Shown: positions 7,822 to 16,942, numbered from the stretch's first letter. The stretch is 32,000 nucleotides of DNA from Methanococcus maripaludis (GCF_002945325.1 NZ_CP026606.1:210001-242000), one strand, 5' to 3'. Numbers and translations: made by a program. Notes: generated from the letters alone by a model not told the origin.

Positions 7822-8205
7822 GTGATAGAAATGGGTAAGGCATGGGATATTATTATTGTTGTATTTATTTTCAATTTGGCGGTAACAGGAATTTCGAGTG
7901 TTTGTGATTATTTTGAAATTCCTTTTTCAAATCAAAGTTTTGTTCCAACTGGAAGTTCTGATTTGGTAAATCAGTTTGACAACACCTCAGAATCCGCACC
8001 CAATCAAGTGACGGAGAGTTCACTTTTTGGTGATTGGGCGTGGGCGGTTTCAATTGTTGGAACGTTATTTGGATTTTTAACAGGAAATTATAATATATGG
8101 TTAAGTTTAGGGGTGGATCCATTATTCGCGCAATTTCTGAGGGTAGTTTGCATGATGGCTAATGGATTTGCATTATTAGAAATTATTTCAAAGGTGAAAG
8201 TGTAA
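7822..8205 (+). CDS. Small polytopic membrane protein (start possibly ATG 7831 after GGTGAT)
   Basis: Segments IIIVVFIFNLAVTGI, WAVSIVGTLFGFLTG and a C-terminal hydrophobic stretch; immediately follows the preceding stop codon. Confidence 0.6.
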   Translation: MIEMGKAWDIIIVVFIFNLAVTGISSVCDYFEIPFSNQSFVPTGSSDLVNQFDNTSESAPNQVTESSLFGDWAWAVSIVGTLFGFLTGNYNIWLSLGVDPLFAQFLRVVCMMANGFALLEIISKVKV

Positions 8206-8217
8206 TGGTGGTGATAG

Positions 8218-8577
8218 ATGGTTAATGAAACGTTAACAATTATTAATAATACAAGAATAGCGACTTTGGATCCGCGTTTTCTCTCGGATCCTAATATCGC
8301 ACATCTAATAACTTATTTAATGACACAATTCCCCGAAATCCCTTCAATTATCTTATTTGGTGCTGGGATTTCGTGTTATATTGCAACAGGCGAAGATGAA
8401 ATGAAGACATTAATATTAGAATTTCTAATGATGTTTGTTTTTATATCAATCTTGGAAATTCCGCTTGATGTGATGGCGAGTACTCCAACGGCTTTGACGT
8501 TATTTGGGTTGAATTCGATATTTATAATTTTCATATTTGCGAAATTCTTGTTCTGTTTCACTGATACAGAACAATAA
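8218..8577 (+). CDS. Small polytopic membrane protein
   Basis: IPSIILFGAGISCYIA, LMMFVFISILEIPLDVMA, LFGLNSIFIIFIFAKFLFCF; RBS GGTGGTGAT. Confidence 0.6.
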   Translation: MVNETLTIINNTRIATLDPRFLSDPNIAHLITYLMTQFPEIPSIILFGAGISCYIATGEDEMKTLILEFLMMFVFISILEIPLDVMASTPTALTLFGLNSIFIIFIFAKFLFCFTDTEQ

Positions 8578-8625
8578 ATCTTTATTTTTAATTTTAAATG
8601 GTTTTAAAACAAATGGTGGTGATAA

Positions 8626-11600
8626 ATGGCAATTAGAAGTGGAGAAACACATTATGATAGTGATGGAAATGCTTATAGAGTTAGTGGAAGTACAGCGACA
8701 AAAATTGGTGATTCTTCCGGTGCAAAATATAAAACTTCATCAATTAACGTGAAGGCAGGAAGTAATGGAAGTTCTTCAAAATCAAATTCAAGTTCTTCAA
8801 ATTCTACATCGATAGAATCCATAAAAAAAGATTTGGCAAGTGGAAAGCGTTCAACTGGTGCAAATTCAAACGTTGCAACGGCAAACGGAAAAGTTTTTCA
8901 AAATTTAAAAAATAAATATGGTCTTGATAAAGCGAAAGAACTCTACAATTCATATAAGAGAAATATTCTAACGGCAAAACAAGAATTAGAGAACGAGCAA
9001 AACGCAAAAATCCAAAAGGTAATTGAAAAAAGATATTCAAAAATTGGAACAAGCGGAAAAAATTACAAATCATCAATAAACGAAGTAATTCTTGATAAAG
9101 AAGGAAATATTGTCGCACTTAGAAACAAGAAATCCGGTCAAATTGTGGCAGGATCCGGTGTCGCTTACGGTGGACAAGCAGAAAAGAATTATAAAAAATG
9201 GGGATTATCAAAGCAATTAGATAATGCCATTGATAATGTCAACAATAAAAGAGAAAATCAATATAATCAAGATTTGAAGTTTACAAATTCGATAACAATT
9301 ACCCCATCAATGCACCAAATAGAAAAGGACGGAAAACTCTACATCTATGATCATAATGAAGATGGAACGTTTTCAACTTATATTATCAATAAAAATCAAT
9401 CAAGATACAATAATGGAACCATAGAGTTTACAGATAACGCTATTCTCGAAAACGCAGGAGAATATCAAAAAGATTACACGAAATTAAATGATATTCTTAA
9501 TGAGAGGTACACATCGGGAAACGAGTACACCGGAAGGATTTCCTTATTTGATATCGCAAAAGAACAGGGTGTATCACTTCAAATTGACCAACAAGGGGAT
9601 AAAACAGTTTTGTATGATTCCACAGGAACGATTTATGGAATTTACAATTCTGATGATATAGAAATTAAAGGATTGAATATTTACACCAAAAACGATGATT
9701 ATATTTATTCTTCTTCTAAATTAGAAACCGAAGGATTTGTAAATCCAGTAACTAAGGAAGAAATGAAATATTATGTAAATAATAAAGGAGAAAAACTAAT
9801 AATTAATAAAAAAGATGAAAATACTTACAAATATCAAGACGATATGGAACCAGTTGAGAAATTAAAACAATTAGAAATGGATATAATCTCAAACCCCAAA
9901 GAAACCATCAAAAGAGGAGTTTCATATTTGGGGGATAAATTCAATATAAATTCAAAATACACCGATGTTGCAAATAAGGGAGTCAATTATCTTAATGTTT
10001 TTGGAACGGAAGATGTTGGACAGATTGAAGGAAAAATAAGAAATATTGATACAAAAGATACGGTAACCACGAGAGGATTAAATACAGTTGGTGGAATAGC
10101 CGTTGGTCTAACTGATTTAACTGTTGGTACTGGTTACGCGATCTATAAGGATTCAAAAAATAATAGAAAAAATAATGTGGTTTTAACCCAAAAAGATCGA
10201 TATTTGGGAAATGCAGGAAGTTCTATTCTCTCAACACATGGAAAAACTATGGCGGTTGGGATGGTTCAGCCAGTGAAAAATCTAATTGTCGATAGGGATT
10301 TTTCTATTGAAAATACTCTTGGAACCGCTTTACTTGTTGCACCCGTTCTCAAAGGTGCTGGAAAGGTGGGAAAATCCGCAATTGCAAAATCCCCAAAACC
10401 AGTATTTGAAATTGCAATTGGAAAAAACATTGCAGGAAAGACAAATTATTTCGGTGTCAAAACCGGAGTTAAAACAAGTTCAAAAATTAAAATAAATACG
10501 TTAGAAGTAGGAACAAAATCAAAAACAGGATTTAACCAGTTGGCAAAAGAAAATATCAAAGTTGATAAAAATTCAATAAGTTTTGACGATGGAATTAAAT
10601 CCGATTTGGTTATAAAATCCACAAAAGAGAGAACGGTTAAAACTAATGATAAAATAACCAATGTGAAAAATGTAGTGGATACCGAAGGAAACAAATTATC
10701 CAAAAAAGTAGATATTTCAAAAACCAATGAAGGTTATAAAATCGTTGGAAATGTAGCAAAAAATGATAAATTCATCAATTATAATGTAGAAACAGGAAAG
10801 AACTTTATAAATCGAGATTTTTATAATTCTAACAAATATGGAACGAGATATAATTTCAATAATGTTAAAATATTGAAAGATAAATCAAAACTTTATGAAA
10901 AATCCGATTTGAATTCAAATAAGCATATAGATTTGAAAAAAATTAAAAATAAAGAATATATGAAAGAGAATTATCAAGAAGTTAAATTTGAAGAAAATAA
11001 AAACATCAAAGGAGATTTCTCCCATAATAAAAACTCAAATTTGTATTTAGAGAATTTGAGTGGGAAGAAAATCGTTGTTAGGGGGAATAAGGGATTTATC
11101 AAAAACGGAAAATCAAAATCTATAAATAATATAATCCAAATGGGTGAGAAATATCACCTCAATGAAATAACGGGAACAAAATATGGTGCATTTAAGAAAT
11201 TAACAAGAAATAATAAAGTTTATCAACAAAAAAAGACCGTTAAAAGTGACAATCATTTAAATATAAATGATATTAGAAATAATAAAATAAAACCAGTTGG
11301 AGAAATTGAAATCACCGAGTTTGGAACCAATGAAGGATTGAAAGGAAACAATATAATAAATCTTGGTGAAAATACCGGATACGTTTCTGAAATTCAAATA
11401 AATGGTGTTGGATTGTCAAAACACAATTTCAATACTCCAATGAAGAAAAACGGTTTTATTAAAAGAGATGGATTCAAGAAAACAAATCAGAAAATCTATG
11501 AATGGAAAGAAAACGGTCAAGGAACGAAGATAATAAATGAAGAAATAATTCAAAATAGAAATTTTGCATTGAAATCACAGAAAAGAAATTCAAATACAAT

Positions 11601-12324
11601 TAAATTCAATATTAAAAATCAAATTATCGAAAAAGAAGTTTCAAAAAGTCCAAAAGCACCAAAAACAAGTTTAAATAAAACATTTAAAGAAACTAAACCG
11701 ATTTCAAAATCAAAACAAACAATACAAGTTTCAAAAACAAATAAAAATAAAATAAATACAAAAATTACAACTAAAACAAAAACAAGAACTCCAACGCTTA
11801 TTAAAAGTAAAAAGAACATCAAATCAATTAATAATAATTTAAAAATCAAAAATCCGATGAAAAAATTAAATCCAAAAGGAAAAAAAATTAAAAATCCAAA
11901 TAACTTGAAATACCCAATCGGTATGGGAACAATGGGAATTGGTGTCAACTTAGGGTTGAATTCAAAAAATAGACAAAAGAATTTGGCAAAACCATTCTTA
12001 AATACAAAAGCAAATAATTTAAGAAAACAAAAGGTTTCAGATATTCAAAGAATGAAAGTGGGAACAACTTCCCCACAAATCCAAAGATTGAAAACTGATA
12101 CCATTCAGATTTCAGATATTGGAAGTTTGGGTGGTGTATTGATTGATAGAATCGATCCGGTCGATGTTCCAATTATTAAATCAATTTCAAGAAGTGACAC
12201 AAATCCAATTTCCACAAAAGGAAATTCAAAAAGAAAAAATAATAAAATTAGAAAAACTCAAAAAGAAATTAAAAATATTAAAAAATGGAATATCGGTGGA
12301 TTTGGATCCGCGTTTTTGAAATAA
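8626..12324 (+). CDS. Large (1232 aa) protein of unknown function, Ser-rich N-terminus, central hydrophobic segments, Lys/Asn-rich C-terminal half; candidate virion/attachment protein
   Basis: Single uninterrupted 3.7-kb frame with RBS GGTGGTGAT directly after the small membrane genes; central GGIAVGLTDLTVGTGYAIY and LGTALLVAPVLKGAGKVGK. Confidence 0.85.
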   Translation: MAIRSGETHYDSDGNAYRVSGSTATKIGDSSGAKYKTSSINVKAGSNGSSSKSNSSSSNSTSIESIKKDLASGKRSTGANSNVATANGKVFQNLKNKYGLDKAKELYNSYKRNILTAKQELENEQNAKIQKVIEKRYSKIGTSGKNYKSSINEVILDKEGNIVALRNKKSGQIVAGSGVAYGGQAEKNYKKWGLSKQLDNAIDNVNNKRENQYNQDLKFTNSITITPSMHQIEKDGKLYIYDHNEDGTFSTYIINKNQSRYNNGTIEFTDNAILENAGEYQKDYTKLNDILNERYTSGNEYTGRISLFDIAKEQGVSLQIDQQGDKTVLYDSTGTIYGIYNSDDIEIKGLNIYTKNDDYIYSSSKLETEGFVNPVTKEEMKYYVNNKGEKLIINKKDENTYKYQDDMEPVEKLKQLEMDIISNPKETIKRGVSYLGDKFNINSKYTDVANKGVNYLNVFGTEDVGQIEGKIRNIDTKDTVTTRGLNTVGGIAVGLTDLTVGTGYAIYKDSKNNRKNNVVLTQKDRYLGNAGSSILSTHGKTMAVGMVQPVKNLIVDRDFSIENTLGTALLVAPVLKGAGKVGKSAIAKSPKPVFEIAIGKNIAGKTNYFGVKTGVKTSSKIKINTLEVGTKSKTGFNQLAKENIKVDKNSISFDDGIKSDLVIKSTKERTVKTNDKITNVKNVVDTEGNKLSKKVDISKTNEGYKIVGNVAKNDKFINYNVETGKNFINRDFYNSNKYGTRYNFNNVKILKDKSKLYEKSDLNSNKHIDLKKIKNKEYMKENYQEVKFEENKNIKGDFSHNKNSNLYLENLSGKKIVVRGNKGFIKNGKSKSINNIIQMGEKYHLNEITGTKYGAFKKLTRNNKVYQQKKTVKSDNHLNINDIRNNKIKPVGEIEITEFGTNEGLKGNNIINLGENTGYVSEIQINGVGLSKHNFNTPMKKNGFIKRDGFKKTNQKIYEWKENGQGTKIINEEIIQNRNFALKSQKRNSNTIKFNIKNQIIEKEVSKSPKAPKTSLNKTFKETKPISKSKQTIQVSKTNKNKINTKITTKTKTRTPTLIKSKKNIKSINNNLKIKNPMKKLNPKGKKIKNPNNLKYPIGMGTMGIGVNLGLNSKNRQKNLAKPFLNTKANNLRKQKVSDIQRMKVGTTSPQIQRLKTDTIQISDIGSLGGVLIDRIDPVDVPIIKSISRSDTNPISTKGNSKRKNNKIRKTQKEIKNIKKWNIGGFGSAFLK

Positions 12325-12549
12325 TTATTATCTTTTTTTACATTTTTTTAATAAAATTTACAAATATTGTTTTTAACGTTTTCTTTTAATAATTTAAATG
12401 TTTTAAATGAATTCTTTTAATTATTTTATATTTTCATCATGTTTGTGGTGTGAATCGGTAGGCGTTCACATTCATATTTGTGATAGAAATTACTTTTTTT
12501 TAGAAAATTTTTTATATTGGTGTGAGTTGTATATATCATAATATATATA

Positions 12550-12575
12550 CTTATCGAAAGATTTATATAGTATTA
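12550..12575 (+). promoter_or_regulatory. Archaeal promoter (TATCGAAAGATTTATATAGTATTAG) upstream of the wHTH/ATPase gene set
   Basis: BRE/TATA-like sequence in the 300-bp gap after the 1232-aa gene. Confidence 0.5.
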
Positions 12576-12632
12576 GTTTCAAAGACTTATAATGTAAGGA
12601 TGTGTGTATATTGACATACAGGTGATGTAAGT

Positions 12633-12836
12633 TTGGAAAGAATAGGAAATGATGGAAACTTAATTGAAGAGTTCTACTACACGATCCCACAAATCGCGAA
12701 ATTCTATAATGTTTCAAATTCTACTATTAGGAGTCTAATTAAGGAGAAAAAATTGAAAGGTCAAAAGATAGGGAAAAATTATAGAATTCTTGGAAAAAAT
12801 TTTAACGAATATTTATTTAATCAAAATAAATTTTAA
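12633..12836 (+). CDS. Small excisionase/MerR-like wHTH protein
   Basis: EFYYTIPQIAKFYNVSNSTIRSLIKEKKLKGQKIGKNYRILGKNFNEYL, same layout as ORFs 2793 and 12873. Confidence 0.6.
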   Translation: MERIGNDGNLIEEFYYTIPQIAKFYNVSNSTIRSLIKEKKLKGQKIGKNYRILGKNFNEYLFNQNKF

Positions 12837-12872
12837 AATGGAAGAACAATTGGATTTTTCCGGTGGTGATAA

Positions 12873-13181
12873 GTGTTTATCAATTATGAATTGTACAATG
12901 TACGTCAGATAGCAGATAGATTTAATTTAACTCCACAGGCAATTTATTATTGGATTAGATGTGGAAAATTACACTATTCAAAAAAGAATAATCGATATTC
13001 CGTGTTGGGTTATTCGATAAATCAGATAATACGAGAAAAAAATTGGAAAAAAAGAAATCAAGAATTTAAGAAAAATAAAAAATTTAAAATAAAAAATAAT
13101 TTTCAAAAAAATAATTTAAAAATCGAAAGAACTTCTTATCATTTAAAAACGTTGCAAAGGGCAACAGGTGGTGAGAATTAG
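12873..13181 (+). CDS. Excisionase/MerR-like wHTH protein with basic C-terminal tail
   Basis: ELYNVRQIADRFNLTPQAIYYWIRCGKLHYSKKNNRYSVLGYSINQIIR; GTG start after GGTGGTGAT. Confidence 0.65.
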   Translation: MFINYELYNVRQIADRFNLTPQAIYYWIRCGKLHYSKKNNRYSVLGYSINQIIREKNWKKRNQEFKKNKKFKIKNNFQKNNLKIERTSYHLKTLQRATGGEN

Positions 13182-13587
13182 ATACGTTGGTCAAAAAACG
13201 GTAGAGAAAAAGTCTATTGATGAAAAAATTTTAACATTAAAAAATAAAAAAGTATCATACAATATAATTTATAATAAAAATAAAGAAAGAATTAACTTTA
13301 ATTTCAAAAAAATGGAAGAATTATTGGAAGAATTGCAAAAAAAACTAAATGTAACGGAATTGAGTTCAAACGATTTAAAAATTACAAAAAAAGAATTATT
13401 AAAAGTATATTCGAATTATTTGACCTTAACGGAGAAAGAAAAAAGAATTTTTGAATTAAAAACGGAAATTCAAAAGAGAAAAAAACATCATACAATTCTC
13501 GAAATCCAACAGAAAGAAATTCCGTTGAAGATTGAAGATATTCAAAAAGAAATAATGATTCTTGAAATACAGAAAAATAGACAATGA
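13168..13587 (+). CDS. Coiled-coil-rich hypothetical protein (exact start uncertain)
   Basis: Heptad-like K/E/L-rich sequence over most of its length; overlaps the preceding gene end at GGTGGTGAG. Confidence 0.5.
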   Translation: MVRIRYVGQKTVEKKSIDEKILTLKNKKVSYNIIYNKNKERINFNFKKMEELLEELQKKLNVTELSSNDLKITKKELLKVYSNYLTLTEKEKRIFELKTEIQKRKKHHTILEIQQKEIPLKIEDIQKEIMILEIQKNRQ

Positions 13588-13622
13588 GGTGATGAATTAG
13601 TTTTAAAAAATGGTGATAATAA

Positions 13623-14075
13623 ATGGTAGAAATTAACGCAGATGATAGTATATGTAATGTTTGTTTGGGTTTTGGTTTGAAAATCAATCCAGAAATTGAG
13701 TATTTGAAAAATAAACCGATAGGAACGCTTTTTGGAGAATATGAAAAGTTAAAAGAAGAATTATTCTTAGAAGAAGAACTGTATTTGGAAGATCAGATAA
13801 TCCGCGATATTAATAAAGTTTTTATCGATTGGGAAAAAGAAAAAATCGATTTAATAAAAGAAATCGATTATCCGGTCAATTTCGGATCTGAAATCCTTAA
13901 AAAATACAAAAAAGAAGGAATCGAAGTTACTGAAAAATCAATTAAAAAATATAAAGAAGAAATTGAAAATCGAGAAGAACAAATGAAGGAAAGAAGATTG
14001 AAGATGAATTCAATTATGGAAAAAATAAAATTCATAAAAATTCTGATGGATTCGATAGTAGAAATAATTTATTAA
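13623..14075 (+). CDS. Small protein with N-terminal CxxC motif and coiled-coil C-terminus
   Basis: DDSICNVCLGFG then E/K/L-rich helices; RBS GGTGAT. Confidence 0.5.
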   Translation: MVEINADDSICNVCLGFGLKINPEIEYLKNKPIGTLFGEYEKLKEELFLEEELYLEDQIIRDINKVFIDWEKEKIDLIKEIDYPVNFGSEILKKYKKEGIEVTEKSIKKYKEEIENREEQMKERRLKMNSIMEKIKFIKILMDSIVEIIY

Positions 14076-14105
14076 TAATTTATTTTATTTTTTAGGTGGT
14101 TAAAA

Positions 14106-14189
14106 ATGGTTAAAAATGGAAATACAGATGATTTATTCTTATTAAATAATTATAATTACAAATATCAAATTATATATAAAAATAAGTGA
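14106..14189 (+). CDS. Possible 27-aa micro-ORF (MVKNGNTDDLFLLNNYNYKYQIIYKNK)
   Basis: ATG preceded by AGGTGG; too short to be in the ORF track. Confidence 0.25.
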   Translation: MVKNGNTDDLFLLNNYNYKYQIIYKNK

Positions 14190-14355
14190 TTAACGGAATG
14201 AATAGTGAGGACATAGGGACATAAGTCCTTAAATGATGGAAATATTGAATATTCCGCGAGTACTATTATATAGAGTCTATAATCATTGATGGAAAAAGTG
14301 GAAATAATGGAAAAATTTGATAAAATGTGGATTTAATTCTTCACAGGTGGTGATA

Positions 14356-15390
14356 TTGCTAAGAAAAAATGAATATGATTACTGGGGCTTGGGTGCTATT
14401 GTAAAGTCCCTCGCATTTTCTAAATTAAGAAATAATTTCGATTTCCACATTGCCGTTACCGGAATCGAAGGATCTGGAAAGTCCGCACTTGCAATCGCTC
14501 TTGCTCGATTTATGGATCGGAGTTTCAATCAAAACATGAATGAAAGAATGTATTTTTCAAATGAAGCACTTCCAGATTACTTGGATTTATTAAATGAGAA
14601 CGTTGAGAAAATTGAAAACGGTTTTGAGGGTGGAACGACCGTTATTTTTGACGAAACTCAAAATATTTTCAACAGGAGAAATGCACCTACTAAGGAAAAT
14701 AAAGCATTGCTCGAAGTAATCAGAACTCAAAGAATGGCAAAAATGTGTTGCATATATGCTACACCTAACGTTTTAGAATTAGAGAATTTTTTATCCAATA
14801 GAATGGATGTAATCCTTTTTTGTTCTTCCGATAAGAAAAAGGTCTATGGAGTCACGGATACAATCACTTATGATGGAAAAGTCTACAATGGATCAAAAAA
14901 TCTTCTTTTCCAAGAGATGAAAAATCTCGATCCTCGAACATTAAAGATGTCACCGGAGAACATCATGGCTCTGTGTATGGACGGAAAATTCAGATTTGAT
15001 TTCGGGGGAAAAACGGTCTATGATGATTATATATATAATAAATACTCGTTTATTAAAGCAAAGAAAACATCAGAATTCTTCAATAATACAAAGGAAAAAA
15101 TCAATAAAAATAAACCTATAAGGGAAGAAGAAAAGGAAAGTAAATATCAAATGCTTAATTTATCAATCAAGAAATTGACTGAACTGGAAAATGATTATAT
15201 TCCCCAACATTTAGAAAAAATTGAAGATGAAATGTTTGAAGACGATTTCATCAGTCAAAAAGCAATTGCCAATTGGTTAGACGTTGGAGATGGGGCAGTT
15301 TCAAAGAAGATTGATAGAAAGAAAATTGAAAAAGTTGCTTATCAAGGAAAAAAATATATTAAGGTCAAATATTTGAGGGATTTAATTTAA
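14356..15390 (+). CDS. P-loop ATPase of Zot/FtsK-HerA-like type with C-terminal HTH; candidate genome-packaging ATPase (track ORF begins 14317; TTG 14356 after GGTGGTGAT preferred)
   Basis: Walker A AVTGIEGSGKSALAIALARF, Walker B GGTTVIFDETQNIF, sensor-like MCCIYATPN; C-terminal ISQKAIANWLDVGDGAVSKKIDRKKIEKV. Confidence 0.75.
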   Translation: MLRKNEYDYWGLGAIVKSLAFSKLRNNFDFHIAVTGIEGSGKSALAIALARFMDRSFNQNMNERMYFSNEALPDYLDLLNENVEKIENGFEGGTTVIFDETQNIFNRRNAPTKENKALLEVIRTQRMAKMCCIYATPNVLELENFLSNRMDVILFCSSDKKKVYGVTDTITYDGKVYNGSKNLLFQEMKNLDPRTLKMSPENIMALCMDGKFRFDFGGKTVYDDYIYNKYSFIKAKKTSEFFNNTKEKINKNKPIREEEKESKYQMLNLSIKKLTELENDYIPQHLEKIEDEMFEDDFISQKAIANWLDVGDGAVSKKIDRKKIEKVAYQGKKYIKVKYLRDLI

Positions 15391-15431
15391 ATCCTTAATT
15401 TTTTAGTTTTATTGAAAAATGGTGGTGATAG

Positions 15432-15842
15432 TTGGAGAATTATATTAAAGTTTTTGAAAATGAGAAAATTTATTCATCTAAAGAAATAAAAAATAAAGTT
15501 TTTTTTCAAGGAAAAATTTTTATTTACGGCAAAAAGGGACAGATTTCAATTGAGAAAAAACACATTTTTAAAATTAATTTTTTAAATTTCTATTGGGGGG
15601 AACATTTAAATTTTTTATTTAACGCATATTTAACTAATATATACCGGAAAAGGAAAAATAAGGAAAAATTATTAAAGGATTTTAATATAAAAAATTATAA
15701 TATCTCTAAAAAAAATTTAAATGATGAAGATTTTGAAGAATTTAAAAAAATGTATTCTGAAAATTTAAAATATATGGAAGAAAATGGAAATTTGGAAAAA
15801 ATAAAATTAGTGGGAAAAGAAGAAAAATTGAACGGAGTTTGA
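15432..15842 (+). CDS. Hypothetical protein of the element
   Basis: Open frame with TTG start after GGTGGTGATAG; N-terminus EKIYSSKEIKNKV weakly resembles the YSSKEV start of the ORF 2793 HTH. Confidence 0.5.
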   Translation: MENYIKVFENEKIYSSKEIKNKVFFQGKIFIYGKKGQISIEKKHIFKINFLNFYWGEHLNFLFNAYLTNIYRKRKNKEKLLKDFNIKNYNISKKNLNDEDFEEFKKMYSENLKYMEENGNLEKIKLVGKEEKLNGV

Positions 15843-15961
15843 GAAATAATTAATTTTTTTCAAAATAACTTTTTTTAAAATGGTAAACAGGGGGGATATT
15901 ACCCAAAATTATATATGTTTTAAAAATATACAATAGTCAAATTGAGGGATATTTTTTTAGG

Positions 15962-16942
15962 ATGGGGAACATGGAAAAACAGGTTTTTTTAAATGATACT
16001 TACAATGCCTTTTTAGAGGTATTTAATACCCAAGAACAGAAGTATGTATCGAATACAACACGATTAATGAAACTTTTTATATGTACTGCGGAAGAACTGG
16101 GTAAATTAGATAATGACAAACCCATTGCTTATGGTTGGTATAACCACGGTTTGTTTTGTTTTGAATTATATAACGACATGAATTCAATTAATGAATTTAG
16201 AAAAACTATGGATGTTAATAATAATTTAAATTCTGAAAAATATGAATTAATAAAATCTATACTTAAGCGATTAAAACCTCATTTTTTAAACAATACAATT
16301 AAGTTTGATAAATATATTCATGAAGAATTACCCGATAAAGAAACAAAAAAATATTATCGTGCAGTTAATGAAATGGAATGTGGTTTTGAACGTATTCAAA
16401 ATGAAAATTCCGGTTTAGGACAATATGTTGGAGAACATGAATCAAAAAATCTTCAAAAATGTATAGGAAAACTTGAAAAAGATGTTATTATTGAATATAA
16501 TGCAGAAAAAAGAAATGATGTATTTTGGGAATATACTGATTCATTATACATAACTCTTGATAACTATGAAAATGGAGAACAAAATTTAAAAAGTACCATA
16601 AAAAATATGGGAACCATATTTACTGAAAATTTATTAAGTATAATTTCCCCATACCCTGAAACACTTTCGGGACATCCTGAACTGTTAAAAATAGAATTAA
16701 AAAAGTATGATGAAAGTTTAAAAAATAATTTTTCGAAATTTCGAATGTTTTTTAGATTTACAAAAAGTTCTAATTTTTTAAAATATGATAATTTATTAAA
16801 AGAAATCAATAATGCTGAATTTACTGAAAAAACATATAAACTTATTAATGAACATATATATCCAGAAAATTCAACAAGATTAAGGAAAGAACACGAATTT
16901 AAATCATCAAACATGAATTTAGAGTATGGGGGGGAGAAATAG
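15962..16942 (+). CDS. Hypothetical 326-aa protein, first gene of the cargo cassette
   Basis: Long open frame overlapping the downstream PIN-like gene by 1 nt (TAGTG); no family recognised with confidence. Confidence 0.65.
   Translation: MGNMEKQVFLNDTYNAFLEVFNTQEQKYVSNTTRLMKLFICTAEELGKLDNDKPIAYGWYNHGLFCFELYNDMNSINEFRKTMDVNNNLNSEKYELIKSILKRLKPHFLNNTIKFDKYIHEELPDKETKKYYRAVNEMECGFERIQNENSGLGQYVGEHESKNLQKCIGKLEKDVIIEYNAEKRNDVFWEYTDSLYITLDNYENGEQNLKSTIKNMGTIFTENLLSIISPYPETLSGHPELLKIELKKYDESLKNNFSKFRMFFRFTKSSNFLKYDNLLKEINNAEFTEKTYKLINEHIYPENSTRLRKEHEFKSSNMNLEYGGEK

Noticed and set aside
8804-12172. Antisense ORFs inside the 1232-aa gene (8804..9118, 10446..10727, 11619..11948, 11945..12172) and 10286..10495(+)
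   Set aside because: Leu/Phe-rich or out-of-frame products of a Lys-rich coding sequence; best explained as shadows of the real frame.
15962-16942. Possible Panacea/SocA-like antitoxin identity for the 326-aa protein (TTRLMKLFICTAEEL...YGWYNHGLF)
   Set aside because: Resemblance is limited to a short stretch and is too weak to assign by eye; kept as an unknown. A profile search would decide.
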